Shown here: piece by piece, positions 11,242-22,720 of the stretch
Numbering within the stretch: position 1 is the first letter of the stretch
Layout of the letters: every line of letters starts with the position of its first letter
From: Scenedesmus sp. PABB004
Lineage: Eukaryota
Reading direction: 5' to 3'
Assembly (NCBI GenBank): GCA_014905635.1
Contig: JABVCE010000007.1
Span: 186,001-250,000 of the forward strand
DNA: 64,000 bases
The notes under the pieces: model-generated
The model's database searches: none
Told to the model about the DNA's origin: nothing
Seen by the model: only the letters and a program-made list of their open reading frames with translations
Made by a program: the position numbers and the translations under genes

Positions 11242-13507
11242 CTACCGCCGCTGCCGCTTGCGGCCGGGGCCCTCGCTCTCGCTCCGCTGCCGCTGCTGCT
11301 GCTGCTGCTGCCGCCGCCCCTGCTCGCCGCCGCCGCCCGCCGCCGCGCCGGCGCGGCCCGCGGCGTCGCGGCCGCGGTCGCGGCCGCGGTCGCGGCCGCG
11401 GCTGCCGCCGCCGTTCTCCTTCCGCCTCTTCCTGCTGGCAGCCCGCCGGCGGTCGCTGCCGCCGCTGCGGCGCGAACCGTCCCGCTCGGCGGCCTCCGAG
11501 TGCTTGCGCCGCTTGCCGCCGCCGCGCCCCTCCTCGGTGCGCCGCTTGCCGCCGCCGCGCTCCTCCTCGTCGCGGCGCTCGCTGCGGTCGTCCTCGCCGC
11601 GGCGCTCGCCGCCGCTGCGCTCCTCCTCGGCGCGCCGCTCGCCGCCGCTGCGCTCCTCCTCGGCGCGCCGCTTGCCGCCGCCGCGCTCCTCCTCGGCGCG
11701 GCGCTTGCTGCCGCGGTCGCCGCGGCCGTCCTTGCCCGCGCCGCGCCGCTCGCCGCCGCTGCGGCTGCGCCGCCGCGCGTCGCGCTCGCGCTCGCGGCCG
11801 CGGGCCGGCGTGTGCGCCGCGGGCGGCTCGTGGAACCACGCCGGCACGGGCCGCCCCGCGACCACGGGCGCGAGGTGGATGATGCGCCCCAGCAGGCTCT
11901 CCCCGCCGCCGCACGGCGCGGTCAGCAGCTGGTACGCGTGGTCAAACACCTGCGGCGGTGCAGCGGCGGCGGCGCACGGGTCGGCGGGTCGGCGGCGCGC
12001 GGTGCGCGGCGCCAGCCGGGCCCGGGCGCGGCGCGGCGCGGCGGCGCGTCGGCGGCGCACCGTGCGCACGGTCTTGATGTTCCAGCTGTTGGCGGCCGTG
12101 TCGTTGCGCGTGTCGAGCGGGTCGGCCACGCTCAGCATCCAGGGGCGGTCGCAGTTGGCAAAGCCGCGCGCGGCCTTGCTGTAGAAGCCCCCCTCGCCCA
12201 CGCAGCTCACGCCGACCTCGCCCACGTTGAGCGCGCGGCCGTAGAGGCGCAGAAAGTCGACCAGCAGCAGCCCCAGGTTGGCCTCCAGCGCCGCGGCGGG
12301 CTCGCCGCCGGCGGCGCCGCCGCGCGCGCGCTTGCGCGACCCGCCGCCGCCGGCGCCGCCGGCGCCGCGGGCGCCCGGCGCGCGCGAGGCGTGGAGCTGC
12401 AGGAAGGCCGTGACCATGACGATGAGGGAGTAGCTGCCGATGCCGCCGGTGTAGACCTCGTTCAGCTCGCGCTGCGTCAGGAAGACCTGCGGCGCGGCCA
12501 CACAGGCAACGGCGCGGTGGCGCGGCGCGCTCTGCGCGGGCGCAGCGCGGCGGCGCGCGAGGCCCCCCCCCCCCCCCCGGGCGCCCGCGCCGCGCCGCGC
12601 GCACCTTGAGGACGAGGACGAGGGGGCGCAGCACGGGCCACTGCGCGAGCAGGGCGCGCACGAGCGCCGCGCCCGCGGGGCCGCTCGGGACCTCCCAGCT
12701 CACGTCAAACGCGAGGCCGCTGTCAAGCATCTCAAACTTTATGATCGGCACGCGCGCGGTCAGCACCTGCTGCATGTTGCGCACCAGCTGGCGCTGCGTG
12801 AGCGCGTGCGCGAGCGCCTTGAGCCCTGCCGCCGCGCGGGGCGGGGGTGGGGGCGGGGGCGGGGGCGGGGGCGGCGCGCCCGCGTGAGCGCGCGCCGGCC
12901 GGCCGGCCACGGGACGCCGGGCGCGGGGCGCTCGCGGGCCCGCGCTCGCGTGCCGCCCGCCCTCGGCGCGCGCACCCGTGACGGCGTTGGCGAGGCCCGA
13001 GCCCATGACCACGACGTCGGTGTCGCTCGCGGGCGTGTAGAGGCCCGTGGCGTAGCTGCCGAACACGTCGACGCGCGCGGACGGCCAGATGCCGACGACG
13101 ACGTCGCGCAGCGCCGCCAGGCTGCGCGCGCGGCTGTCCGCCTCCTCCGCCGTCGGCGCGAGCATCGCCGCAAAGGCGACGACCTCGTTGTGCAGGCGCA
13201 GCAGCGGGCTGGCAAAGCGCGGCAGGCGCGGCAGCCAGGGCGGGCGGTAGCCGGGCGTGCGGCCGTCGGCGGCGCCGCCCGCTCCGGCGCCGCCCGCGTC
13301 GGCGGCGGCCGCCGCGGCGCTCGCGCTCGCCGCGGGCGGCAGCAGCTCGATGAACTCCGCCTGCGCGGGGGGGGGGGGGGGGGGCGGCGGCGGCCGGCGT
13401 CAGCGCCGGGCGCGCCTGGGCGGGCTGCGAGCGCCCGATCGTCATGGCCCTCGCCTCGCTGTCGCAGCCGCCGCCGCTGCCGTCGTCGCCGTCGCCGTCG
13501 TCGTCCG

Positions 13508-13545
<38 letters not shown>

Positions 13546-14231
13546 TCGTCGGCCGCCTCGCGCCCCTCCTGCTCCGCCTCGTCGCCGCTGCCGCTGGGCG
13601 CGCCGCCGTCGCTGCCGCTCGCGCTGCCGCCGGCCGCTGCCGCTGCAGCGCCGGCAGCGCCGCCCGACTCGCTGCCGGGCTCGCCGCCCGAGGGCGCCTC
13701 GTCGGCGCTGCTCTCGCTGCCCACGAAGGTGATGTCGGGGCGGCCCTCGTCGCCCGCCCGCCCCTCCGCAGCGGCCGCGGCGCCGGCGCTCGTGGCGGGC
13801 GTCTTGAAGTCGAGCAGCTGGTGCTGCTCTCGCGCGAGCTGCGCGGCGCCGCCGTGTTCGTCTGGCACCGTCAGGCCGGCGCAGAGCTTGGAGGCCACGT
13901 AGTCCTGGGCACCGCCGGGCGCGACGCGGCGGCGTCTCGCGGCGGCGCTGCCGCGCGGCCGGCGGCCGACCGTGGCGCGCGTGCGCGGCGGGCCGTCCCG
14001 CGGCGCAGCCGGCAGCTGCTCCGGCCCCCCCCCTCCACGCACACGCTGGCTGCTCACCTGCGGCTGCAGTCCCAGCGCGCGGCTGAGGGGGTTGAGCGCC
14101 ACCAGGCTGCTGCACGCCGGCGCCCGCTCCGCCACGGGCTCGCGGCCGCCCGTGCGCCGCCCCAGCGTCTGGCTGGGGTTGGGATAATACGCCACCCGCT
14201 GCGTGCCGGGCCCCCAGTCCACGCGCTCCAT
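11242..14231 (-). CDS. TRF4: TRF4/PAPD5-like non-canonical poly(A) polymerase with Arg/Glu-rich tail, multi-exon
   Basis: LLRLHNEVVAF, VDVFGSYATGLYTPASDTDVVV (GS + DxD), ARVPIIKF, LRPLVLVLK, RELNEVYTGGIGSYSL, NLGLLLVDFLRLYG, LSVADP. Start codon is tentative. Confidence 0.9.
11500..11710 (-). repeat. ~33-bp coding repeat, (K/E)RRAEEER(G/S)GG, about 6 copies in the TRF4 tail
   Basis: Repeated cgctcctcctcggcgcgccgct units on the + strand. Confidence 0.8.
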
Positions 14232-14488
14232 GTTTGCTGCGAGTCTGCTGCCGGCCGCCTGGGCAGGCGCGCGAGCGGCCGGGCTCGAGGCGGCTGACTC
14301 GTAGGGCGTGCGGTGAAGGTGCTCGCGCCGCCCGCGGAGCGGCTGAGCACTGAGCGGCTCGGCGCTCGGTGCTGCTGACTGCCGCGCGGCCACAACTGGC
14401 GGCGGCGCGCTTGCGGGCGCCGCCAGGGCGCGGTTCTTGCAATACCTGGGGACGGCCCGCCTCTCGGCGGCCGCGCCGCTGACGACGA

Positions 14489-15176
14489 CTAAACCTTGCG
14501 CCCTGCGGCGCGCCTCGCCGCCACGCCCGCGACGAGCGCCTCCTGCGCGGCCGCGAGCTCCGTCCGCGCGGCCTCGGCGGCGGCGGCACGGGAGGTCGCC
14601 TTGGCCGCCGCGTTGGCCGCGGCCTGCGCGTCGAGCGCCGCCCGGTAGCCGGCCTGCTGCGCGCGGCGCTGTGCGGCGAGCGCCGCGGGGTCCGGCCCCC
14701 AGAACGGGGACGGCGCCGCGTCGCCGCCGCTGCCCCATGCGCCCAGGCTGGCCAGCTGCCGCCGCTCTGCGACCTGCTGTGCCAGCGCGTCCTGCGTGCG
14801 CACGGGCGTGCGGCCGGGGGCGGTGGGCGGCACAGGGAAGGCCCGCGCGCCGGCCGCGCAGCACGCAGCGCCTCACCGCGAGCTGCTGCTTGCGCGCGCC
14901 CGCCGCCGCGCGCGCGGCCGCCGCTTCTGCGTCGAGCCGGGCGTGCAGCGCCGCCGCGTGCGCGGCGCACGCCGCCTCGCCGGCCGCCACCGCGTCGGCG
15001 GCAGCCGCGGCCCGGGCGCCGCCGGCCGCGAGCACCTGGGCGTGCACCTGCGGCCGGCCCCTGCCCTGCGGCACGCGCTGCTCCGGCGCCTCGTCCGGCC
15101 CGCCCGCGGGCAGCACAAACGTCGCCGGCCGCGCACGGGCGTTGGCGACCGTCGCCGCGCGCGCCGCGTGAGCCAT
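14489..15176 (-). CDS. Ala/Gln-rich helical hypothetical protein (at least 2 exons; 5' end uncertain)
   Basis: ...[33 protein letters not shown]...YRAALDAQ...RKV* joined by a GT-AG intron. Confidence 0.55.
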
Positions 15177-15592
15177 GTGGCCGCGCTGCTGGGCGACGCC
15201 GCCCGCGAGCTGCTGCCGCTGAGCGGGTGGGCAGTGGGAAGCAGCAGGGCAGGGCGGGCGCGGCTGTTGACCGACTGCTGCTGCGGCCGCGCGGGTGTGC
15301 CGGCCGGTCAACGCCCGGGGTGCTGCAGGTTGACCGGCGCCGTTACAGTGCTGGCCAGACCACGGCCGCCCTCTCAAGCCTGACGACGGGCCCCTCTCGC
15401 CCTGCCCGTCACATATACGCAGTGCGGCAGTGTGCGCCAGCAGATCATCGCCCGAGAATGAATGGTCCGCTCCCAACCAAACGACGACAACTGCTTGGCG
15501 CACAGCACAAGGGGCCGCGGCGCGTTGACCAACCCCTCGCCCTCGCATACCTGGCCTGCCCCCTCCCCGTGTTGGCAAGATGCTGCGCCTAA

Positions 15593-18500
15593 CTACGCAG
15601 CTGCCTCGCTCGCCGGCGTAGCGGGAGCTGGCTCGGGCGTCGGCGCCGGTGCCGGCTCCGCCGGGGGCGCTGCCGCAGCAGGCTCGGGCGTCGCCGCCGG
15701 CGTAGCGGGAGCTGGCTCGGGCGTCGGCGCCGGTGCCGGCTCCGCCGGGGGCGCTGCCGCAGCAGGCTCGGGCGTCGCCGCCGGCGTAGCGGGAGCTGGC
15801 TCGGGCGTCGGCGCCGGTGCCGGCTCTGCCGGGGGTGTTGCCGCAGCAGGCTCGGGCGTCGCCGCCGGCGTAGCGGGAGCTGGCTCGGGCGTCGGCGCCG
15901 GTGCCGGCTCCGCCGGGGGCGCTGCCGCAGCAGGCTCGGGCGTCGCCGCCGGCGTAGCGGGAGCTGGCTCGGGCGTCGGCGCCGGTGCCGGCTCCGCCGG
16001 GGGCGCTGCCGCAGCAGGCTCGGGCGTCGCCGCCGGCGTAGCGGGAGCTGGCTCGGGCGTCGGCGCCGGTGCCGGCTCTGCCGGGGGTGTTGCCGCAGCA
16101 GGCTCGGGCGTCGCCGCCGGTGCAGCAGGCGCAGGCTCGGGCGTTGCCGCCGGTGCCGGCTCCGCCGGGGGCGCTGCCGCAGCAGGCTCGGGCGTCGCCG
16201 CCGGCGTAGCGGGAGCTGGCTCGGGCGTCGGCGCCGGTGCCGGCTCCGCCGGGGGCGCTGCCGCAGCAGGCTCGGGCGTCGCCGCCGGCGTAGCGGGAGC
16301 TGGCTCGGGCGTCGGCGCCGGTGCCGGCTCTGCCGGGGGTGTTGCCGCAGCAGGCTCGGGCGTCGCCGCCGGTGCAGCAGGCGCAGGCTCGGGCGTTGCC
16401 GCCGGTGCCGGCTCCGCCGGGGGCGCTGCCGCAGCAGGCTCGGGCGTCGCCGCCGGCGCAGCAGGCGCAGGCTCGGGCGTTTCCGCCGGTGCCGGCTCCG
16501 CCGGGGGCGCTGCCGCAGCAGGCTCGGGCGTCGCCGCCGGCGCAGCAGGCGCAGGCTCAGCCGTCGCCGAAGGTGCGGGGCTCGCGTCGGCCGGCGCGGG
16601 GCTTGCCTTGGCAGCGTCGCCGGCAGGCTCTGTGGGAGGCGCGTCGGCCACAGGCGCGGGGCTCGCCTCAGTCGTCGCGTCGCTCGCAGGCGCGGGGCTC
16701 GCCTCAGCCGCCGCGTCGGCCGAAGGTGCGGGGCTCGCCTCGGCCGCCGCGTCGGTCGCAGAAGCGGGGCTCGCCTCAGCCGCCGCGTCGGTCGCAGGTG
16801 CGGGGCTCGCCTCGGCCGCCGCGTCGCTCGCAGGCGCGGGGCTCGCGGCGGCCGTCGCGTCGCTCGCAGGCGCGGGGCTGGCCTCAGCCGTCGCGTCACT
16901 CGCAGGCGCGGGGCTCGCCGCGGCCGCCGGCTCGGGCGAAGCGGAGGGCCCCGGCGACGCCTCCGCGTCGGGGCAGGGCACAAACGTGCCGTTCACGTAG
17001 CACAGCACCGAGGTCGCCGGCGAGGGGCTCGACTCGGTGGCGTTGCTCGCCTCGGGGAGCGTGGTGTTGCCGTCCGCGGTCGCATTGCCCGCGGCCAGCG
17101 TGGTGGTGTTGGCGTCCGCGGTCGCGTTGCCCGCGGCCAGCGTGGTGTTGCCGTCCGCGGTCGCGTTGCCCGCGGTCGCGTTGCCCGCGGCCAGCGTGGC
17201 GTTGGGCGCGGGCGAAGACTCTGTCGAGTTGGCGGCGGTGGTCGTGTTGAGCGCCGCGCCGGTGTAGTTGCAGGGCGAGCCGGCGATGGCGTAGGTACCG
17301 TTGGCCTGCGCGGGCGCGGCGCGGCGCGGTGCTTGAGCGCGCGCAGCGGCCTGGCTGCCCGGCAGCAGGCTGCGCTGCGCGGCGCGGCGCGGCGCTGTCG
17401 GGCACGCGGCGCACCGTGCAGGGCCCTAGCGCCGCGCACGCGGCGGAGTTGATGACCGCGCCCTCCTTGTTCAGGCGGCAGGGGTCGGCGGTGCGGTTGT
17501 ACACGGTGCCATTGTAGCAGCTGACCGTGACCAGCACGGTGCCCAGGATGCGCCGACGTGAGCAGCAGGGCTCGCCGTCGGGCAGCGTGCCGTTGATGCA
17601 GGGAGGCAGCGCGCCGCCGTCGCAGGGGCTGCCGTCGGGCAGCGTGCCGTTGATGCAGGGAGGCGGCGGCGGCGCCGTCTCGTTGCAAGGGCTCCCGTCG
17701 GGCAGCGTGCCGTTGATGCAGGGAGGCGGCGGCGGCGGCGCCGTCTCGTTGCAGGGGCTGCCGTCGGGCAGCGTGCCGTTGATGCACGGGGGCGGCGGCG
17801 GCGCCGTCTCGTTGCAGGGGCTGCCGTCGGGGCGGTACCCGTCCACGCAGGGCGCCACGGCGTCGCCGCCGCCGCTGAGGGGCACGTACAGGTCGTCCGC
17901 GGCGAGGCGCTCCGCGAAGCTGTCGACCGACTGCGCGTCGCCGCCGGCCGGCGACGCGCCGGGCACGACGTTGACAAAGCCGGGCCCCTCCTGCGCGGCG
18001 GGGTTGAACGAGGGGATGTAGTTGGACGCGCCAGACTCGGTCGTCTTGGCAGCGGTCGACCCCGAGGCGCGGCCAAGGTAGCTCTCCACGATCGACCCGA
18101 CCGTCTTGCCTGCGGAGGGGCGGCGCGCGGCGGCGGCGAGAGGCCGTGAGCAGGCCGGCACGCGGGCTGCGTCGGCGCCCGGCGCCCGGCGCCCGGCGCG
18201 GCGCGCACCCTCGGCGGAGGAGGACGTCTGGCGGAGGGCCCTGCGGAAAAGCGCGCCGTCCGCGTCGCCGCCCTCGGCCGCCGCGGCGACGACCGCGTCG
18301 CGCAGGCCGTCGCGCTGGCCCAGCAGCGCGCGCGCCAGCGCCGCGCCCGGCGGCGCCGCGCCGCGCAGGCGGCGCCCCGACGTCCAGCTGAGCGAGTTGA
18401 CGAGCGGGACGAGGCCAGACGTGTTGGCCGCCGTCAGCACGCACGTGCGCTTCTTGAGCTGCGCGGCGCCGCGCGGGGGACGCGCGCGCGCGGGCGGGCG

Positions 18501-19439
18501 GGCGTGAGCTGCGTCATGAGCCGCGCCGCGCGGGCCGCGCCGCGCGGGCCGCGCCGCGCGAGCAGCACCGCGCGACAGCCACAGCGATCCCACCGCGGCC
18601 GCGCGGTCACCTGGGACTGGCCGTACGCCGCGATCTCGGCGGCCATGGCGACGACGGTCGTGTTGGTCAGGTTTTGGTAGCGCGGCGACGCGAGCGGCAG
18701 GCTCGCGAGGCGCTCGAGGTCGTCCAGCTGCAGCGCCATGAGCGCGTTGAACACGGCCGCCGACGTGAACACGCGCGGGAGCGACGTCGTGATCATCGAC
18801 ATCGCCATCGTGCGCCGGAAGTTGACCGCGCGCACCGACTCGAGCAGCTCCGCGAGCTCCGCGTCGGTCTGGTTGCGCAGGAACGCGAGCGACGCGCCGT
18901 CGAGGCTGTTGAGCTTGGAGCGGCTGCGCGGCGAGAGCAGGAGCAGCTGCGAGAGCGCCGCGCTGCCGGGCTGCAGCGTCGCCGGCAGCTTGGCCTGCAG
19001 CTCCTTCAGCTCCGCGTCGGCGACCGTCTGATTCACGGGGTAACTGCGCACGACGTCGACCGTGGGCGTGGCCTTGAAGTTCTGCGCGGCCGCCGGCGGC
19101 ACCGCCGAGAGCGCCAGCAGCGCGAGTGCGAGCGCCGCCGCCGCGCCGAGCTCTGCGCGGCGGCGCGGCAGCAGCACGTGGGAGCGCCGCGGGGCGGTGC
19201 GGAGCGGCGTGAGCGGCCGGCGGTGGGCGCGGCCGGCACGGGCCGGGGGACCTGGGGCACCGGCGCACCGCGCTGCCGGCAGCTGGCGCGCGCGGCGCAG
19301 GCAGGCCCGGTCGCGCCGCGCGACGCGAGCAGCGTCCCCGCGCGCAGCTTTGGGCGTGCTCAGCGGGCCCCGGCACGGCCGCGCGGTGCCGGGGTGGCGC
19401 CGAGCAGCAGCTCTCACTTGCGCCGGCGCGCCCCGGCAT
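15593..19439 (-). CDS. Large secreted cell-wall/ECM-like glycoprotein with Cys/Pro repeats and a Pro-Ala-Glu-Thr tail (start uncertain)
   Basis: Hydrophobic segment AAAALALALLALSAVPPAAAQ; helical domain; RRLR/RALL/RRALRQ motifs; CINGTLPDGSPCNETAPPPP repeats; many NxT sequons; long PAPE repeats; TGTAA on the - strand at 15343-15347. Confidence 0.8.
15611..16560 (-). repeat. 84-bp coding tandem repeat (~11 copies, 28-aa unit) with 252-bp higher-order period
   Basis: Unit starts at 15611 and 15695; variant tgttg recurs at 15836, 16088 and 16340. Confidence 0.95.
16650..16925 (-). repeat. 36-bp coding repeat (SDAxAEASPAPA-like), ~7-8 copies
   Basis: Repeated gcaggcgcggggctcgcctc units. Confidence 0.85.
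17560..17850 (-). repeat. ~60-bp Cys-rich coding repeat CINGTLPDGSPCNETAPPPP, ~5 copies
   Basis: Repeated ccgtcgggcagcgtgccgttgatgca. Confidence 0.9.
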
Positions 19440-19932
19440 CTTGGCTCTCCGCGGCCCCCCGCCGCGCTGCGGGTGAGAGTCGTCGCTCTGGTCTACAGCT
19501 CCAGCCGGCACTCGCGGGCTGGCGGCGAGCGGACGGCGGCCAGTGGCCGATGGCGAGCGGAGGCGGGCGCTGGCGCGGGCGGGTCTCTCTCTTTCGTGGC
19601 GTTCCGCGGTGGTGCACGACGAAGGAGTACCGCGCGTCGTCGTCGGGGAGGCCAGCGGGGACGGCGGCGGCGAGTTTTTGTCGCGTCCAGCTCCGCCGCC
19701 TGTCGTCCGAAGCTGGACCAACCGGCGGCGCGAGTGCCGCCGCGGCGGCGCGCGGCAGCGGCGGCGGCGGCGCGCTGCAGGCCATGCATCTAGCCGCACC
19801 AATCCCCCGCCGCGCCGCCGCGGCGCAGCGTCACCGGCCTGGATCGGCCGCGGTCAACGGCGCCCGCACGCCGGCGAGCGAGTGTCGCTCGACCTTCACA
19901 CGCGCCCGCCGCCGCGCCGCGGTGCTGAGCGC

Positions 19933-21276
19933 TCAGCCCGCGGCAACCTCGGGCGCGCGGTAATGGAAGAAGTAGAGGCGCAGCGCGAGGCCGACGCCCG
20001 CGTGCAGGCCCGCGATGACGCACAGCAGCAGCACCGCGCGCCCCGGCGCGGCGCTGTAGATCGTGGCCTGGCGGCGCGCGCGCGGGCGGCGCGGGGCGGC
20101 GGAGCGGGGCGGCGCGGGGCGCGTGGGCATGGCTGCACGGCGCGGCGCGGCGGCCGCGGCGGCCGCGCGGCGCGGGCGCCCTCACTTTGAGGTTTGCCAC
20201 GATGAAGAGGCCCGACAGCCCCGTCGCGCCCGCGACGGCGAGCCAGCGCACCCAGCCAATGGGCGCGATGCAGACAAAGGCCATGGGGATGAAGATGGTC
20301 AGGCTGTAGCCGTAGATGCACCACACGTTGGCGAGCTTGATCTCAGACCTACGCCGACGGCGCCGGCGGCAGCGGCACGGCGGCGGCGGCGGCGTGTCGC
20401 GCGGCGGCGGCGTCGGCGACGGGGAGGGAGGGGAGCAGGGCGGCGCGCGCGCGCGAGCGGGCCCGGCGCGGCGCGCGGCGGCAGCCGGCGCGGCGCACTT
20501 GAACCAGCGCAGCGCGGTCGTGAGCACGAGGCCGAGGCCGAAGACGTAGCCGTAGAAGAGCAGCGCGCTGAAGCTCATCTTGGCGTAGTCGGTGTACCTT
20601 GGCAGTGGCGTGTGGGTGTGTGGTGTGGGGTGTGTGGGTCGGGGGGGGGGTGCGAGCGGAGACAGGGCGTGCTTTGTGTCAGCGGCGGCGCCGCGCGGGC
20701 CCGCCCGTCCGCGCGGGCCGCCCGCCCGCGCGGGCCCGCCCGCCCGCGCGCCCGCCCGCCCGGGGGCGCGCACCACTGGCGCTCCACGAAGCTGCCGGCC
20801 GCCCCCGGGTCGGCGCCGGGCGGCGCGCCGCCGCCGGCCTTCTGCTCGCTGCGGAACGCGATCATGTCGGCGTAGTTGCCAGCGACTGCGGCACCCGGCG
20901 GCGCGCGGCGGGCGCGGCGGCGGCCGTTGCGAGCGCGGCGCGGCGAGCGCGCAGCGGCGAGCGCGCAGCGGCGAGCGGCGCGGCGCGCGTGGGCGCGGCG
21001 CGTCGGCGCCGCTGGCGGCGTTCGCGCACACCGCGCCGCACCGGCTGTGACGAAGATGAGCGTCGTGGCGACCCAGAACGGCCCGTACAGGTCGGGGCTG
21101 CTCAGCGTGACGGCCATAAAGTCGGGCTTGAACGGCCCCAGGAAGCTGCTGCCCACGCGCCACACCACGTCCTGCGCGCGCGGCCGGCCGGCGCAGCGCG
21201 GCGCCCCGCAGCGCGCGGGCGGGGTGGGGCCGGCCGCGGGCGGGGCGCGCGCGCGCTGGCCCGTGGGCCCGTGGGC

Positions 21277-21321
<45 letters not shown>

Positions 21322-22125
21322 TGCGCGCCTTGGTGTCCACGTTGAACAGGGGGCGGTAGCGGCGCACGTTGTAAAAGGGATACGACGCCGGGTCGTCGGG
21401 GTCGCCCGGCAGGCTCGCCGCGGCGGGCGGCGGCGCGCCGCCAGCCTGCGGCGCGGTGCCTGCGCGGGCGCGCGCGGGTGGCGGTCGGCGGCCGCGCGGG
21501 CGGGCGGGCGGGCGGGCAGGCGGGCGCGGTCGGCGACCGTGCCGGGGAGGCGGGCGGCCGCGTGCCGGCGTGGCTCACCTGGCCGCCCGATGTTGCCGGA
21601 CACTGGTAGGCTTGCGTTGAGCGTAGACTCTGCGGCGCGTGCGGCGGCGCCGCGGCGTTGGGCCGGCGGCCGTCGCGCGCGTCCGCCCCTTGCCCCGCCC
21701 CACGCCCCACGCCCCGCGCGCGCCGGCTGCGCACCCGTGAACTGCAGCGGCGCCGCTGCCGGCACGGCCGGCCCGGCGGCAACGGCCGGCGCCGCCGGCG
21801 CAGGCGCGGGGAACGCTGCGACCGGCTGCTGCTGCGCACGCGCGCCGCCGCCGCTGCCCGCGCCGCCTGGCGCCACCGGCACTGCCGGCACCACGGCGTC
21901 CACGCTGCCGGTGTCGCCGATGTCCGGCGGCACGTAGGTGGTGTTCAGCTCATAGAGCCCGCTGTCCGCAAACGGGTTGTCCTGCGGGCGGCGCAGGCGC
22001 CGCTGCTGTCGGCGGGGCGCCCCGCCCTCTGCGCAGCGACGCCGGCGCCCCCGCCCTGCTGGCTGCGGCTGCGGCCTTCGCGTCGGAGACCCGCGACGCA
22101 CGCTTTGGCGGCCGTACGGCTGCAT
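19933..22125 (-). CDS. Yip1-domain Golgi membrane protein (YIPF1/2-like), multi-exon
   Basis: FYNVRRYRPLFNVDTK|DVVWRV, PDLYGPFWVATTLIFV, GNYA, WCIYGYSLTIFIP, LALRLYFF. Confidence 0.9.
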
Positions 22126-22720
22126 GCTGCGCAGCGGCGCGCCGCTGCTCGACGTTCGCGTGCTGGGCGAGGGGGGCTCCTGGGCGCCAGGCGTGCGAGA
22201 CAGACAGACGCGCTGATCACTCCGGGCGCGGGCGCAGGGGTGGGGAGGGCGAGCGCGGGCTGCATTCATTCGCGGCGGTTGTCAACCGCAGTTCAATTGC
22301 GGGCGCCCGGCCGGCAGCCGGCGCAGCCTCGGCGCTAAAGATTCCCCACAACGCACGACATACATGCTGATAGGTTAGGTCCACCCCGCAGGCGCGAAGC
22401 CTCCATGGGCCGCCGCCTCACGCGTCGCGCACAGCACGACGCTGTCGCTCCCAACTTTCTCATGCGCGCCACTCGTGCTGTGCCGCGCGCGGCAAACACG
22501 GTGACCGCTCCGCCGTCGGCTGCTGTGCCAGACCGACCCCAAAATCAACGTCACGCTCGTCGCCGTAGCCTCGTCACGCTGGCCGGTGATGTTGGTGATG
22601 TGGTGTGCTGGGAAACATATGTGATGCATGGAGGACACACGGCGCGCGACGTTGCAGGGCACGCGCCGCACGGGCACGCGCCTGGCCGCGCACCTAGCGC
22701 ACGGCGCGCCGGCGCGCAGC

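Noticed and set aside
15611..16560. 84-bp array as a CRISPR or non-coding satellite; antisense Gly/Ala silk-like ORF 15462-17000
   Set aside because: No unique spacers. The array is in frame with the - strand secreted protein and the + ORF is its mirror.
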